Positions 50,750 through 61,062 of a stretch of DNA of 64,000 bases are shown here, one piece after another. The notes under the pieces are model-generated. The model saw only the letters and a list, made by a program, of their open reading frames with translations, was not told where the DNA came from and ran no database searches. The first letter of the stretch is position 1. Each line of letters starts with the position of its first letter. The translations under genes were made by a program, and so were the position numbers. Origin of the DNA: a virus; IMG/VR virus record IMGVR_UViG_3300050190_000082, positions 89,760 to 153,759 of that record, one strand, 5' to 3'.

Positions 50750-50890
50750 TTATATTTCTTCCCAAAATCCGCAATCCATGCATAGGTTAATTACCTTATC
50801 ACAATAGAATTTTAGAAAGAACCTTTTATTATTGTTATGACAACATGGACAGGTAATATCTTCTTCTAAATCAATATTCAGTTTTTCCAT
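50750..50890 (-). CDS. 46-aa zinc-ribbon protein
   Basis: AGGAGG RBS; CPCC...CMDCG. Confidence 0.6.
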   Translation of the reverse strand: MEKLNIDLEEDITCPCCHNNNKRFFLKFYCDKVINLCMDCGFWEEI

Positions 50891-50943
50891 AATAAAAATC
50901 CTCCTTTAAATTAATTAAAGGGAATAAGATATATAAGGATTAT

Positions 50944-51017
50944 TGGAGCCGAAACACAGAATCAAACTGTGAATCTCTGATTACAAAACAGAAGTTTTAT
51001 CATTAAACTATTTCGGC
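50944..51017 (-). tRNA. tRNA-Thr(UGU), degenerate
   Basis: Acceptor GCCGAAA/TTTCGGC, anticodon TGT, encoded CCA; D-loop GA for GG and T-loop TTTGA. Confidence 0.7.
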
Positions 51018-51020
51018 ATT

Positions 51021-51096
51021 TGGCAGTCTAGGTACGGCTTGAACGTACAACCTTCTCCTTAACAGGGAGTTGCTCCACCAATTGAGCTACTAGACT
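51021..51096 (-). tRNA. tRNA-Asn(GUU)
   Basis: Acceptor AGTCTAG/CTAGACT, D arm GCTC/GAGC with GG, loop CTGTTAA, GTTCAA T loop, G-CCA. Confidence 0.88.
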
Positions 51097-51316
51097 ATAT
51101 AAGGGATAGTAGGATTATAAAAATGGAACGCCCTCAAACGATTGATAATCAATACATTTAATAGCGGTATATGCAAAACTTTATCCTACATAGTTTTTCT
51201 TAAAAGAAAAGAGTTGGACTTACAAAATGCCAACTCAAGTAGAGAGAGGAGAGTATAAAAAGGAGGGAGATTAATTATAAATGATAACTTTATCCCTCCA
51301 CGAGAAAGGCTTAATC

Positions 51317-51478
51317 TTATTTAGGAGTAACAGAAATAAATTCTTCACAGTCATTAATAGTAATATCAAGCAAAATAGGTTTCTTTTCAGTTCCAACTAG
51401 AGCTTCAATTTTCTTATTCCACTCACACACCATAATTTTTACACAGTTAGAGCAATGTTCATTATTAATTGTTGACAT
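51317..51478 (-). CDS. 53-aa cysteine-containing protein
   Basis: AGGTGG RBS; CSNC...VC...C. Confidence 0.6.
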   Translation of the reverse strand: MSTINNEHCSNCVKIMVCEWNKKIEALVGTEKKPILLDITINDCEEFISVTPK

Positions 51479-51511
51479 AAATTTTATATTCCACCTTATT
51501 TTTTATTTTAA

Positions 51512-51790
51512 TTATTGATGTTTGACAGCATCCTTGAGAGATTTTCCAGCCTTAAAGACAGGTGCTTGTTTTGCAGGAATTGTAATTACTTCTTGAGTTT
51601 TAGGATTTCTACCTTGCCTTTCAGCACGATCTTTTACAGAAAATGTGCCGAATCCAACCAGTTGAACTTTATCCCCACTTGCAAGTGCTTCTGTAATAAC
51701 ATCAAATACTGCTACTACTGCTTTTTCTGTATCCTTCTTAGACATTTCACCCTTAATTGCTACTGCTGAGACTAATTCACTTTTATTCAT
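51512..51790 (-). CDS. hup: Histone-like DNA-binding protein HU
   Basis: MNKSEL...VQLVGFGTF...R.GRNPKT...P.FKAGK.LKDAV. Confidence 0.97.
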   Translation of the reverse strand: MNKSELVSAVAIKGEMSKKDTEKAVVAVFDVITEALASGDKVQLVGFGTFSVKDRAERQGRNPKTQEVITIPAKQAPVFKAGKSLKDAVKHQ

Positions 51791-51828
51791 GGTTATATTA
51801 ACTCCTTTTATTCTGTTTATTTTATTAC

Positions 51829-53022
51829 TTAGCCAAGATTCTTGGCTTGCAAATCTTTAAATTCACCTAACCCATATCTTTTTATGTATTCTTCTAATTG
51901 TTCTTTTGTATTATTATGTGTTCCATATACATGGTGAAATGAACCATATTTACTAAAGTTATGGCAATCATTACAAAGCGTTACCCCATTATCCAATACT
52001 AACCTTAATTCCTCATTATCCGAGAAGTTTTCAATATGATGTGCTTGTAAATTACCACCTTTGGAATCACCACAACATTGGCATGTATAATTATCTCTTT
52101 TATATACTTCTATACGCCAATTTTTATAATCTATAGATTTCCTAAAGGATTCGTCCTCAGATGTTAATCCACCTTTCCAACGATACGAATATTCTCCTGA
52201 ACGAGTTCCTATCCCACATTCATTACACTGACGCTTATTCTCATGTTTGAAATATGCAAATTTAGTTGTAAATGGTTTACCGCATTCGCATTTTAGTTCT
52301 ATATTACTTTGAGAATTTTCATATAACTCCTTTGGAGTAATTACTTCACATTTACTGGTTTGAGAAACGAATTCCTTCATTTCTTCGTAAGACGTACTAG
52401 TTTTAAAATAACCCTTTTCAAGTCCACATGATTTACAATAAGGGGATTTATAAAATAAAGTTATACTCTTACATCCATTTCTACCGCAAGCACATGTAAA
52501 ATTAGCTTCTGTTCTTTTATTTATATAATCTTCTTCTTTTAAAAGTAATTCACAACCATGTTGCTCGTAAAAGAATAATATATCATCATATTTTGAAATC
52601 CTTGATTTACTAGACGATAATCTTCCGCATTTATCACACCTTGGACTTTGAAGAAATTTTCTTAGAGTCTTATGTCCCAATGGATTTCCACAAGAACAAG
52701 TAAAATCCAGATTCTGAGAAGTATTAGTATAAAATTTAGTATGTAGTAAACAGTTGTTATTTTCAAATATGTTTCTAACCTCTTCATATGTATATGAAAG
52801 TTTATTAGCAGTCCTCTCATATCTACATAAAGGACAAAACCCTTTACTTGCTTTAAGTCTACTTAAAGTTAATTCACATCCACGTTCACAACTACACATA
52901 AAATTTATTAATAATTTATTATTTTCATTGTATAAAAATCCAATATACTTTCCGTTAGAAACATTAAGAATCTCTTTTGCCCTAATTATGGCATCTTGTT
53001 CTGTGATTCCCGTTCTTCCCAT
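51829..53022 (-). CDS. HNH endonuclease with repeated CxC..CxxC modules
   Basis: WR..VY.RD.YTCQCCG...L.AHHI...NGVTLC..CH. Confidence 0.88.
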   Translation of the reverse strand: MGRTGITEQDAIIRAKEILNVSNGKYIGFLYNENNKLLINFMCSCERGCELTLSRLKASKGFCPLCRYERTANKLSYTYEEVRNIFENNNCLLHTKFYTNTSQNLDFTCSCGNPLGHKTLRKFLQSPRCDKCGRLSSSKSRISKYDDILFFYEQHGCELLLKEEDYINKRTEANFTCACGRNGCKSITLFYKSPYCKSCGLEKGYFKTSTSYEEMKEFVSQTSKCEVITPKELYENSQSNIELKCECGKPFTTKFAYFKHENKRQCNECGIGTRSGEYSYRWKGGLTSEDESFRKSIDYKNWRIEVYKRDNYTCQCCGDSKGGNLQAHHIENFSDNEELRLVLDNGVTLCNDCHNFSKYGSFHHVYGTHNNTKEQLEEYIKRYGLGEFKDLQAKNLG

Positions 53023-53138
53023 TCTATCCTCCTTTATAATAGAAATAGAGAGGGTATTTCACCTCTCTTTAACTACTAAGGAGTAACTTTTATCCACTAG
53101 CGTATCTACTCAAATAAGGTAGTACGGAACAATACTAT

Positions 53139-54371
53139 TTAATCATGCCAATCCATTTCACTTATCATTTTAGAAATTTCACTTCTAAAATCTTCTACCA
53201 TATTCACTTGTGCAGAAATTGACTTATCTTTGAAGTTTTCACTTACAACACTAAGCCCATTTCTATAACCACAACTTTTATTATCAATTTGCTTAGTAGA
53301 ACCGTCAATTAGAACTACAGTGTCTTCGCCAATTCTAGAAAGTAATCTTTCCATTTCAGATGGTGTAAAATCTTGGCATTCATTAATATATAAAATAGAC
53401 TTTCGTAAACTACGACCTTTAGCATGTTGGATTGGTAATACTTCAACTCTACTATTTGTAGTTGAAAAATCTGACATATTATCCTCGGATGTCGTATCAC
53501 ATATTACGCCCATTAATGGCTCTGTTTTTTGTTTTACATCTCCTGGAATCGCAGGGAATTCTTTTCTTCCCTTTGGAGGAGAATCACTTTTTATAAAATA
53601 TAATTTATTATATCTACCATATCCGTTTCCCAATTGTTGTAATGCCCAATGTAGCATTAAATATGTTTTACCACACCCATATCCACTATCAGTAATCATA
53701 ACTTTCACATTATCATTCTGTAACATATGTATAAATGCTTTTTGATATATATCTAAAGGAACTATTGCATCTTTAAGTTCAAGGTATTTATTAGTAATTG
53801 GTTTAACTTTTTTTATCTCCTCAAAATAAACACCATTCCATATATATAGATACTGCTCATTTTTTGTAGTATTATTAATAATTACATACTCATTTATAGA
53901 AAGACTTAGAGAGTTTTCTTCACTTTCGATTAAGGTTGTGAATTCTCTATTTGTCATCCAAATCTCGCGTATACCATTATATTTTTCGCTTAAATCTGTG
54001 TCCTTAAATTCAAAGAGGTCACAAGGAATACTAACTGCGGTTGCTTTAATATAGAGGTTTAAATCATCAGTCAAGAAAATATATTCATTATCTTCTTTCC
54101 AAACCTGATAAGCAAAACCGAGTATAAAGTTATCTGCCTTATGTGAAAGGAATCTATTTTCAAATGAAAAGTCATAATCTATTTCTATTTTTATATTGGT
54201 AGCATTTTTAATTTTCTTAGTAGCATTTCTAGCTTGATACCCTACTTCTGGACTCTTCTTTAAGCCATCAAGCTCCTCAATTGAGACTATACTCGTCTTT
54301 ACAAATTCATAATCCTCGAATCTGAAATCCTCATTCAATAAAATATTCGTGTCCACAAATACTTTACGCAA
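53139..54371 (-). CDS. phoH: PIN-PhoH family protein
   Basis: N-terminal VDTN..EELD..D..TDD PIN; GCGKT, GRSL, NECQD, RIGE, QID. Confidence 0.88.
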   Translation of the reverse strand: MRKVFVDTNILLNEDFRFEDYEFVKTSIVSIEELDGLKKSPEVGYQARNATKKIKNATNIKIEIDYDFSFENRFLSHKADNFILGFAYQVWKEDNEYIFLTDDLNLYIKATAVSIPCDLFEFKDTDLSEKYNGIREIWMTNREFTTLIESEENSLSLSINEYVIINNTTKNEQYLYIWNGVYFEEIKKVKPITNKYLELKDAIVPLDIYQKAFIHMLQNDNVKVMITDSGYGCGKTYLMLHWALQQLGNGYGRYNKLYFIKSDSPPKGRKEFPAIPGDVKQKTEPLMGVICDTTSEDNMSDFSTTNSRVEVLPIQHAKGRSLRKSILYINECQDFTPSEMERLLSRIGEDTVVLIDGSTKQIDNKSCGYRNGLSVVSENFKDKSISAQVNMVEDFRSEISKMISEMDWHD

Positions 54372-54406
54372 TAAATATCATTCCCTTATTATTTATTTTG
54401 TGTATG

Positions 54407-54649
54407 TTACAAGACACTTTCACTGAATAGATATGTTTGATTATGTTTAATCTTACTTACCTCTAATTTTTCTTGTGATTGTAATCTAAGTAGATAGTTA
54501 TAAATAGGATCTGTAATGAAACGCTGTTTCTTGGATTTATTAGCCTGTTTATTGACTACTACTAGCTGATCTCCATAATTTCCGTGGACTTGCTTCATTG
54601 CACCTTTTTTGATTAGATAATTAAATTCATCTTTTGTGATAGGTTTCAA
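54407..54649 (-). CDS. Hypothetical protein
   Basis: 80 aa, AAGGAG RBS. Confidence 0.65.
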   Translation of the reverse strand: MKPITKDEFNYLIKKGAMKQVHGNYGDQLVVVNKQANKSKKQRFITDPIYNYLLRLQSQEKLEVSKIKHNQTYLFSESVL

Positions 54650-54776
54650 ATTTATTAGATACTCCTTTTGGAAGTTATTTATTATTATTTTGACTTACAA
54701 GCGTATCGACCAAACGCTTGTAGATAGGGGAGTTAAGAAGAATATTATATATATGCTTCCTATTCTGATACATATA

Positions 54777-55667
54777 CTATAAAGTAGCCACAACCGTTGG
54801 TGTGACTACGATGCAGGGCTTTTCTATTTTTCGGATTCTTTTAGTTCTGTCCCATTCTTTCTTTTGATTAAACTTAATTTCCTTTGCACAGGTTGGGCAG
54901 TATTTGGATTTGTTATTAGTGGGAGGAAATAGAATCTTACAAACTTTACATTCTTTATTATTAGTATTCTTAATTACATTCCTAATATATGTCCTCATAT
55001 AACCAGTTAAACTTTTACAAAAATATTTGATTACATAATTATTCTCACTCCAACCATCCACTGTAATCTTTTGCTCCCATTTATGATTCTTTTCATAATC
55101 TTCAATAGATATGTAGTTATCAAATATTCTAGAGATATATGTATTAATCAATCTTTTATAATTACTAAATATCACATTATGCTTTTTATCTATGCTTTCC
55201 TGTTTAATAACTTCTGCTTCTTTAAGAGCATCCACAATATTATTGTAAACTTCTTCATAACTTACATTATCAATATTCCCATTTTCTTTTTTTAGATTTA
55301 CTAGTCTAAAATATTCCTTCTTTGGTGTTAACAATAAATTGTAATATTTCTTGTTATAATAGACATCCTTATCAAATAGAAAACCATACATATTATTTAT
55401 TCTTATTCTTATGTAATCAACTGTCTCAAGGAGTTTCTTTTTGTAGAAACTCCTACATACAGTATATTCCATGACGCTGTATTTATTAAATAACTCAATC
55501 AAGTCTTTTCTATTATCTAGTAGTTCATCAAACACTTCATACTTATATTGCTTCTTATATTTCTTAAATCCATATTCACTCTTCCATAATCTATCAATAA
55601 ATTTATCTATTATATCTTGTTTATTACTTGATGTCTTGTATTCATCTAATATTTGATTTAAGAACAA
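54777..55667 (-). CDS. Hypothetical protein coupled to RNA polymerase gene, C-terminal Zn finger
   Basis: Overlaps polymerase stop; CKVC...KYCPTC. Confidence 0.7.
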   Translation of the reverse strand: MFLNQILDEYKTSSNKQDIIDKFIDRLWKSEYGFKKYKKQYKYEVFDELLDNRKDLIELFNKYSVMEYTVCRSFYKKKLLETVDYIRIRINNMYGFLFDKDVYYNKKYYNLLLTPKKEYFRLVNLKKENGNIDNVSYEEVYNNIVDALKEAEVIKQESIDKKHNVIFSNYKRLINTYISRIFDNYISIEDYEKNHKWEQKITVDGWSENNYVIKYFCKSLTGYMRTYIRNVIKNTNNKECKVCKILFPPTNNKSKYCPTCAKEIKFNQKKEWDRTKRIRKIEKPCIVVTPTVVATL

Positions 55668-58228
55668 ACAATCGTCTCCTCTAGTTTATAATACTTTCCT
55701 AGAAATTCATTAGACTCAGTAGTATCTCTACTAACTTCTGAAATTTTGTATTGTTTCTGAGTGGGGGAGTTACTTTTTAAGTTTTTAACCATGACACTTC
55801 CAAATAATGACCAACACAATAATTTATCTTCACTAATCGTTCTATATGACACACTGATACAATAATTTGCTAGTGTTTCTTTATCTAAACCTATTTCAGA
55901 TAATTTTGTTTTGTATTTACCAAGGATTACACTCAATTTACTATCCTCATCGAGAACTTTTTGGAAATCTACTTTAAATTCATCATATATTTTCTTAATT
56001 TTTTTTATGATATGTTTATTAGTTAGTTCCATGCTTTGATCTACCAACAGATGACCACTGTTTACAACACTTCTATCCCAAATAAGATGTTTCCTTTCCC
56101 ATTGGAAGATATATTCACTAAGCTCATTAAGAGGAGAAGGAGACTTATAAGAATTGTAAGGAATTTTGTCTTCATTAGCATTACCTTTATTAATTTCACG
56201 TATCTTATTATAAACTTCAAGTTTCTTAGGGTAATTAAATAGTAAGAAGTATGGAAGCCTCTTTAAATATCCTCTTAGATTTTTACTAAGTATCCATCTA
56301 AATCCATTCTTGATAAAATCAATTTCTTTCCCTTGGTAAAGTCTTAGTAGTGAAATATTATCTGCATTTATCTTTTGCCATTTCTTATCATCCGTATGTT
56401 GGTTCAAAATACTTGTAGCAATGTTAGTAATTTCTCCAATGCGGTTATCCCTACTATTACATTCATAAGATATGATATTATCTTGGTTGTAAACTACTTC
56501 CCCAGATGATTTCTTATCGTCTATATCTACTACAATAGGGCAATCTATTTTAGATTCTACAATTGATTTATTATGACAGAGATAAACAGAATCCCCATCA
56601 GCATCCATTCCTCCCTGCTGTGGCATTGAAATATCATACATATTTATCATGACGACATCTTGGTCTTTAAAATAATCAAAATACTTTTTAGTAAATTCAT
56701 TCTCAACTATCTTAATTTTATTTACTTCAGATGGATCTACAAGAGGGCTTCTAAATGATAGAGCATCACCATATGGAATTGTATTGCAATAAAATTCTCC
56801 ACTCCCCAAACATCCCTTTATATCCATCTCAGCACAATATTCTAGGTATCCAATTATATCTCCAACTACAGTATGATAAAATCCTGAAGCATAAACCTTG
56901 CCATATTTCATTTGAGTAATTGCTTTATCTAATTTACGCTTCAACATGTTTTTTATACAAGGATCTTTTAGCATAATATCATTGGCCAATATTGCTTCTG
57001 CATATGTACTATTTACTTTATCTGTTTCAGTGTCATTTATACCTAAGAATTTTAATGTATAAAATTTGTCGCCTTTTATCACTTTTTCGTACAAATCTGT
57101 TGAATAATGAGCAATATTTATCATTTTTCCCCAATTATTTGTATCTAATATATTGAACTTATTATCTCTTTCTTTAAACTGTTTTACATATTTAGGATTA
57201 ATTAAGTCAAGACATTGTATGTATTGGAAATTCATGCGAGTATAAAGATTTAAATCATTAACATGATGACTATATTTACTTATTCCTATCTTATAACCAT
57301 ATTTATTAACTCTGTTTAGATATTCATTCCATGCTTTTTTGCCAAACTTATTCTTAAATACCCCGTATGCCTTCCACATTGATATATTCCAAATACAATC
57401 AATATCAGAAACTTGATGAACTACTCCAAAAACATCTTTAATTTCCGTAATGCCTTTCTCTGCATAAAATTCCTTAATTGGTGCTTGAACACTCATGCCT
57501 TTTAAAAATGGAAGTCTAATTTGGTATCCTATGGACGTATGTTCCTTACCTGTATATTTAGCAAATATTTTACTCATTTCAGGTGTATGTACACCAAATC
57601 CATCAAAAGGGGATACACTTACATTATAATTTCCTTCTTCTATCAACCTTTTATTTTTATATATTTTAGTTTGCTGAGTTGTCTTATCAAAATACTCTAC
57701 ATCTTTTTCTACTGCATATCTAACATATTGGTCTTCTAAAACCTTAGTGTATTCTCCCATTAAAACGATGTTAGGAAGTTTTTCTTCATGGACTAATTGA
57801 CAAGTGCTAAAGATAAGACACCTATATGATTCATATTTTGATACTACACACTTATCAACGGTTACTCCGAGTTGACTTCTTTCCATCATTTCACTATAGA
57901 AATCTTTGTCAATAAAAACTGTAATACCGTCTTTTGCTTGAGAACCAGATTTCCCAAATCTAATATATGAAGTATCATTATACTTAAATCCATCTTTGAG
58001 TAGTTTCTCTAAAAGTGGTTTTCTGTTTTTGCTATGTTTGGCTTCTACATATATTAACTCTTTAACCTTTAAGGAAGGATATCCCCTAATCAATTCTATC
58101 TGATTAAAAAGGGGAGAGTCCTGTTGTTGAATTATGTATGGTGTTTCATCTACTATATATAAATCAAATTCCGCTTTAATTATGTTTTGAATAGTAATTG
58201 AAATTATATCATATTGTTTTGTGCTCAA
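55658..58228 (-). CDS. yonO: YonO-like single-subunit (RdRP-homologous, double-psi barrel) DNA-dependent RNA polymerase
   Basis: DGFG, QIRLPFLKG, RSPL, GGMDADGD catalytic motif, IG.ITN, EID..K. Confidence 0.9.
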   Translation of the reverse strand: MSTKQYDIISITIQNIIKAEFDLYIVDETPYIIQQQDSPLFNQIELIRGYPSLKVKELIYVEAKHSKNRKPLLEKLLKDGFKYNDTSYIRFGKSGSQAKDGITVFIDKDFYSEMMERSQLGVTVDKCVVSKYESYRCLIFSTCQLVHEEKLPNIVLMGEYTKVLEDQYVRYAVEKDVEYFDKTTQQTKIYKNKRLIEEGNYNVSVSPFDGFGVHTPEMSKIFAKYTGKEHTSIGYQIRLPFLKGMSVQAPIKEFYAEKGITEIKDVFGVVHQVSDIDCIWNISMWKAYGVFKNKFGKKAWNEYLNRVNKYGYKIGISKYSHHVNDLNLYTRMNFQYIQCLDLINPKYVKQFKERDNKFNILDTNNWGKMINIAHYSTDLYEKVIKGDKFYTLKFLGINDTETDKVNSTYAEAILANDIMLKDPCIKNMLKRKLDKAITQMKYGKVYASGFYHTVVGDIIGYLEYCAEMDIKGCLGSGEFYCNTIPYGDALSFRSPLVDPSEVNKIKIVENEFTKKYFDYFKDQDVVMINMYDISMPQQGGMDADGDSVYLCHNKSIVESKIDCPIVVDIDDKKSSGEVVYNQDNIISYECNSRDNRIGEITNIATSILNQHTDDKKWQKINADNISLLRLYQGKEIDFIKNGFRWILSKNLRGYLKRLPYFLLFNYPKKLEVYNKIREINKGNANEDKIPYNSYKSPSPLNELSEYIFQWERKHLIWDRSVVNSGHLLVDQSMELTNKHIIKKIKKIYDEFKVDFQKVLDEDSKLSVILGKYKTKLSEIGLDKETLANYCISVSYRTISEDKLLCWSLFGSVMVKNLKSNSPTQKQYKISEVSRDTTESNEFLGKYYKLEETIVCS

Positions 58229-58245
58229 TATTTATTTTCCTCCTT

Positions 58246-58380
58246 CTATACGTTTTGTTCTGCACCACATTCTGGACAAGTAAAACATTCTGTTTTCCCT
58301 ACTATTTTCACTTCGTTACCACATAATTCACATGTAATATACATGATGCAAAAGTCTTCACTTGCTTCATAATCAGTCAA
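58246..58380 (-). CDS. 44-aa zinc-ribbon protein
   Basis: CELCG...CPECG; TTG start after AAGGA. Confidence 0.55.
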   Translation of the reverse strand: MTDYEASEDFCIMYITCELCGNEVKIVGKTECFTCPECGAEQNV

Positions 58381-58401
58381 TATTAATAATCCTTCTTTCT
58401 A

Positions 58402-58578
58402 TTAATATTCCTTACATTCAACTGTTTTTATATGATTATATTTAGCACAGTCTAAACAAATATATGTATCATTTTCTACATCAACAAAAATATCTTCAAC
58501 CCTAACTAATTCTTCTCCACAAATATTACAGTTTTCACTTATGTATTGGTTTAATTCTGCCTTCTTATTATGAAACAT
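58402..58578 (-). CDS. 58-aa zinc-finger protein
   Basis: CNICG...CLDC; GGAGGT/GAGGT RBS. Confidence 0.55.
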   Translation of the reverse strand: MFHNKKAELNQYISENCNICGEELVRVEDIFVDVENDTYICLDCAKYNHIKTVECKEY

Positions 58579-58960
58579 GTACCTCTACCTCCGTAACCGA
58601 ATCTGTATAATCTTCTAATACCAGTTCAACGTCTTGACCTAGTAAATTATAAAGTTTAGACTCAAAATCAAGAGAATTAATATGATATCCTTCTATATTT
58701 AATTCCCCTCTAGTAATTGCTAATTTGCCAAATCCATTAATAGATTCATTTCTATTGTATGGTCTCAGTGAAACCCTAACTAATCTATCACATGATTCAG
58801 ACGCATAAATCGTATCAAGGATATCTGTAATACTGCTTTCTACATGATCAACTTTGCTTGTGATTATGTAATTCATTCGATTCATATCCTCTAATTTATC
58901 ACTGAGACTTAATTTTCCATTAAAGTATATTGCCTTCATATTTGTTAAAACCTCTTTCAT
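58568..58960 (-). CDS. Hypothetical protein
   Basis: 130 aa ORF. Confidence 0.65.
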   Translation of the reverse strand: MKEVLTNMKAIYFNGKLSLSDKLEDMNRMNYIITSKVDHVESSITDILDTIYASESCDRLVRVSLRPYNRNESINGFGKLAITRGELNIEGYHINSLDFESKLYNLLGQDVELVLEDYTDSVTEVEVHVS

Positions 58961-59239
58961 ATTATATTATTTGTTATTTGTAGATTATATGTATTTTTAA
59001 AACTGTGTAAAACTATCAATATTCGAGACATGATATACGATTTTTAGGTGCAAAAACACAATTTTAACAAATTACCTTCAAACCCTACTCCTGCAAGGGA
59101 TACAACAATTATATATATGTGTGTTTGTACCATCAAAACGAGTCTAGAATCATCGCAAAATATGTACCCCTCATAATCTTACCTTGAGATAATTCTAAAC
59201 GATTCTAGGGCTATTTATTTGTGATTTATATGTATTATA

Positions 59240-59635
59240 TTATTTATTAGTTGTTTTAGATTTTGCTTCTTTGAGTTTAAGTTTTAATTTATCAGCTTTG
59301 ATTCTTAATTTCTGTTCTTTGAGCTGTTCATTCTTTCCTTTAATTTGAAAATGAAGGATCTTATGTACTCTGTCAATATCAATAATATCAAAATGTAATA
59401 CAGCCTCATCACACATTATGTATTCAGTAACTGTAATATCAGATTCCTCAAACTTCTCCATAAGAGATTTTACTGTTTTAGCATTAGGAAGATATATTGC
59501 GACAGTGGTATCATTATGAAAATATATTTCACTATTTTGTCTGCCCTTAAGAAAAGTATCATTAAGATTTTTACTGACTGTGCCATCTGTATTTAAACAG
59601 TTGAAGACTGTGTATTTTCCAATAAATCTATTCGT
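59240..59635 (-). CDS. Hypothetical protein, 131 aa with apparent ACG start
   Basis: Frame open 58 codons upstream of track ATG to ACG, 7 nt after GAGGTG. Confidence 0.6.
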   Translation of the reverse strand, partial: TNRFIGKYTVFNCLNTDGTVSKNLNDTFLKGRQNSEIYFHNDTTVAIYLPNAKTVKSLMEKFEESDITVTEYIMCDEAVLHFDIIDIDRVHKILHFQIKGKNEQLKEQKLRIKADKLKLKLKEAKSKTTNK

Positions 59636-59853
59636 TTTCTTTCACCTCTAAAATTATTTATTTACTATATAAGCCTTTTTTATTAGTGTATCTATTATAT
59701 ATAACTTATGTAGTCATATGTAATTACTTATTTACAGAAGTCACAAGTATGTTGCCAATTTATAATCATCTTCTTTCTATATGGGGTATGTGGTAAGGAG
59801 AGGAGTTGGTGTTTAGTTGTTTATGTACGCCCCCTCAACAACCTTATACGAGA

Positions 59854-59882
59854 ATTATACCATAAAAACACATACAAGTCAA
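59854..59882 (-). promoter_or_regulatory. Sigma-A type promoter (extended -10)
   Basis: TTGACT-17-TATAAT with TG. Confidence 0.75.
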
Positions 59883-59928
59883 ATAATATTATATATAATT
59901 AGTATATTAGTTTTATGTTGTGGTTATA

Positions 59929-61035
59929 CTATCTCTCCCTTTGATTCAATTCATCTTCTATCATCTTTAGAACATCATCAGGGACTTGATCATTATTGGC
60001 GTTTATACATTCTTGGTTTAACCTTTGTTCTTCATCCGAGAGAGCATCTAATTTATTAAAACTATCTTCATTATCTATGTTAAATAAATCTGGAAAGTCA
60101 TCTACTATTGTTTTAGTATTCTGTAAACATTTTAATTTATTCTTAGGAATAGGAGATACATCAACGAATGGTCTATCTTTTACCTTATGTTGCAATGCTT
60201 CATATTGTTTAACTTTATCTTCTAACTCTTTTATCTTAATATCTTTTTCATTGACTAGGTAATTTATCTCCTGCTTTTTACTTCTCCTTTCATTAGACTT
60301 TATTTTATCAGTATGTATTAACCCTTTTGTCTTAACTTCATATTGCAATTGATGATTGAAATTTTCTTCATCATCCCAATGACCTATGTATGTAGTACAA
60401 TAATGTTTATCATTAGTTAAATAACTATTATTATATCTTATGAGATGCAAATCATCTTGTAGTATTGCATTATATCTTTTTATAGTCCTAGAATCATTTA
60501 TTAATTGTTTTAATTTTCCTTGGGTTAAATATCCAAAATTACTTTCATTATTTGAAACCCTTCTACATGCAATAAAATATCTTATGATGTTAAATTTGTT
60601 AAGATTCTTAGAAGTTAATTCTTTAAGTATGTAATTTATCTCTTGATCATAAATCTCAAAGTAATGATCAGCAGGAGGATTAACTAATTCAACATAAAAT
60701 ATAGAGTCTTTATCTTTTATAATTGAATTAATGGAGAGTGGGATATTCTTGTCATCACAATTTTCATAATAAATATTGTATAGATTAGTGATATATCCTT
60801 TACTAACTAATTCCACAATAGTATCTTTTATTGTTGTAATTAATTTTCTATTATTAGATACGTTGATTCTCATAAAGTCACATATCATTTGGATAGAACA
60901 TACGCCAAGTGATTTATATTGCATATAATTTCTATACATTAAAGTTAGCACTGTCATTTCCTCATTAGAAATATCTAGGTTATCATAGAAGTCATTAGGG
61001 AGTCTCACATATTTATCATTTAATACATTGTTCAT
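59929..61035 (-). CDS. Putative replication initiator / winged-helix DNA-binding protein
   Basis: YVRLPN N-terminus, two wHTH-like segments (L..L.SKGYI; RTIKRYN.IL...LI.Y); repeat-rich upstream region. Confidence 0.5.
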   Translation of the reverse strand: MNNVLNDKYVRLPNDFYDNLDISNEEMTVLTLMYRNYMQYKSLGVCSIQMICDFMRINVSNNRKLITTIKDTIVELVSKGYITNLYNIYYENCDDKNIPLSINSIIKDKDSIFYVELVNPPADHYFEIYDQEINYILKELTSKNLNKFNIIRYFIACRRVSNNESNFGYLTQGKLKQLINDSRTIKRYNAILQDDLHLIRYNNSYLTNDKHYCTTYIGHWDDEENFNHQLQYEVKTKGLIHTDKIKSNERRSKKQEINYLVNEKDIKIKELEDKVKQYEALQHKVKDRPFVDVSPIPKNKLKCLQNTKTIVDDFPDLFNIDNEDSFNKLDALSDEEQRLNQECINANNDQVPDDVLKMIEDELNQRER

Positions 61036-61062
61036 TCAATCATTCTCCTCAATCTAAATATA

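Noticed and set aside
42252-58228. Inteins or introns in terminase, PhoH or RNA polymerase
   Set aside because: Lengths are ordinary and no splice motifs seen
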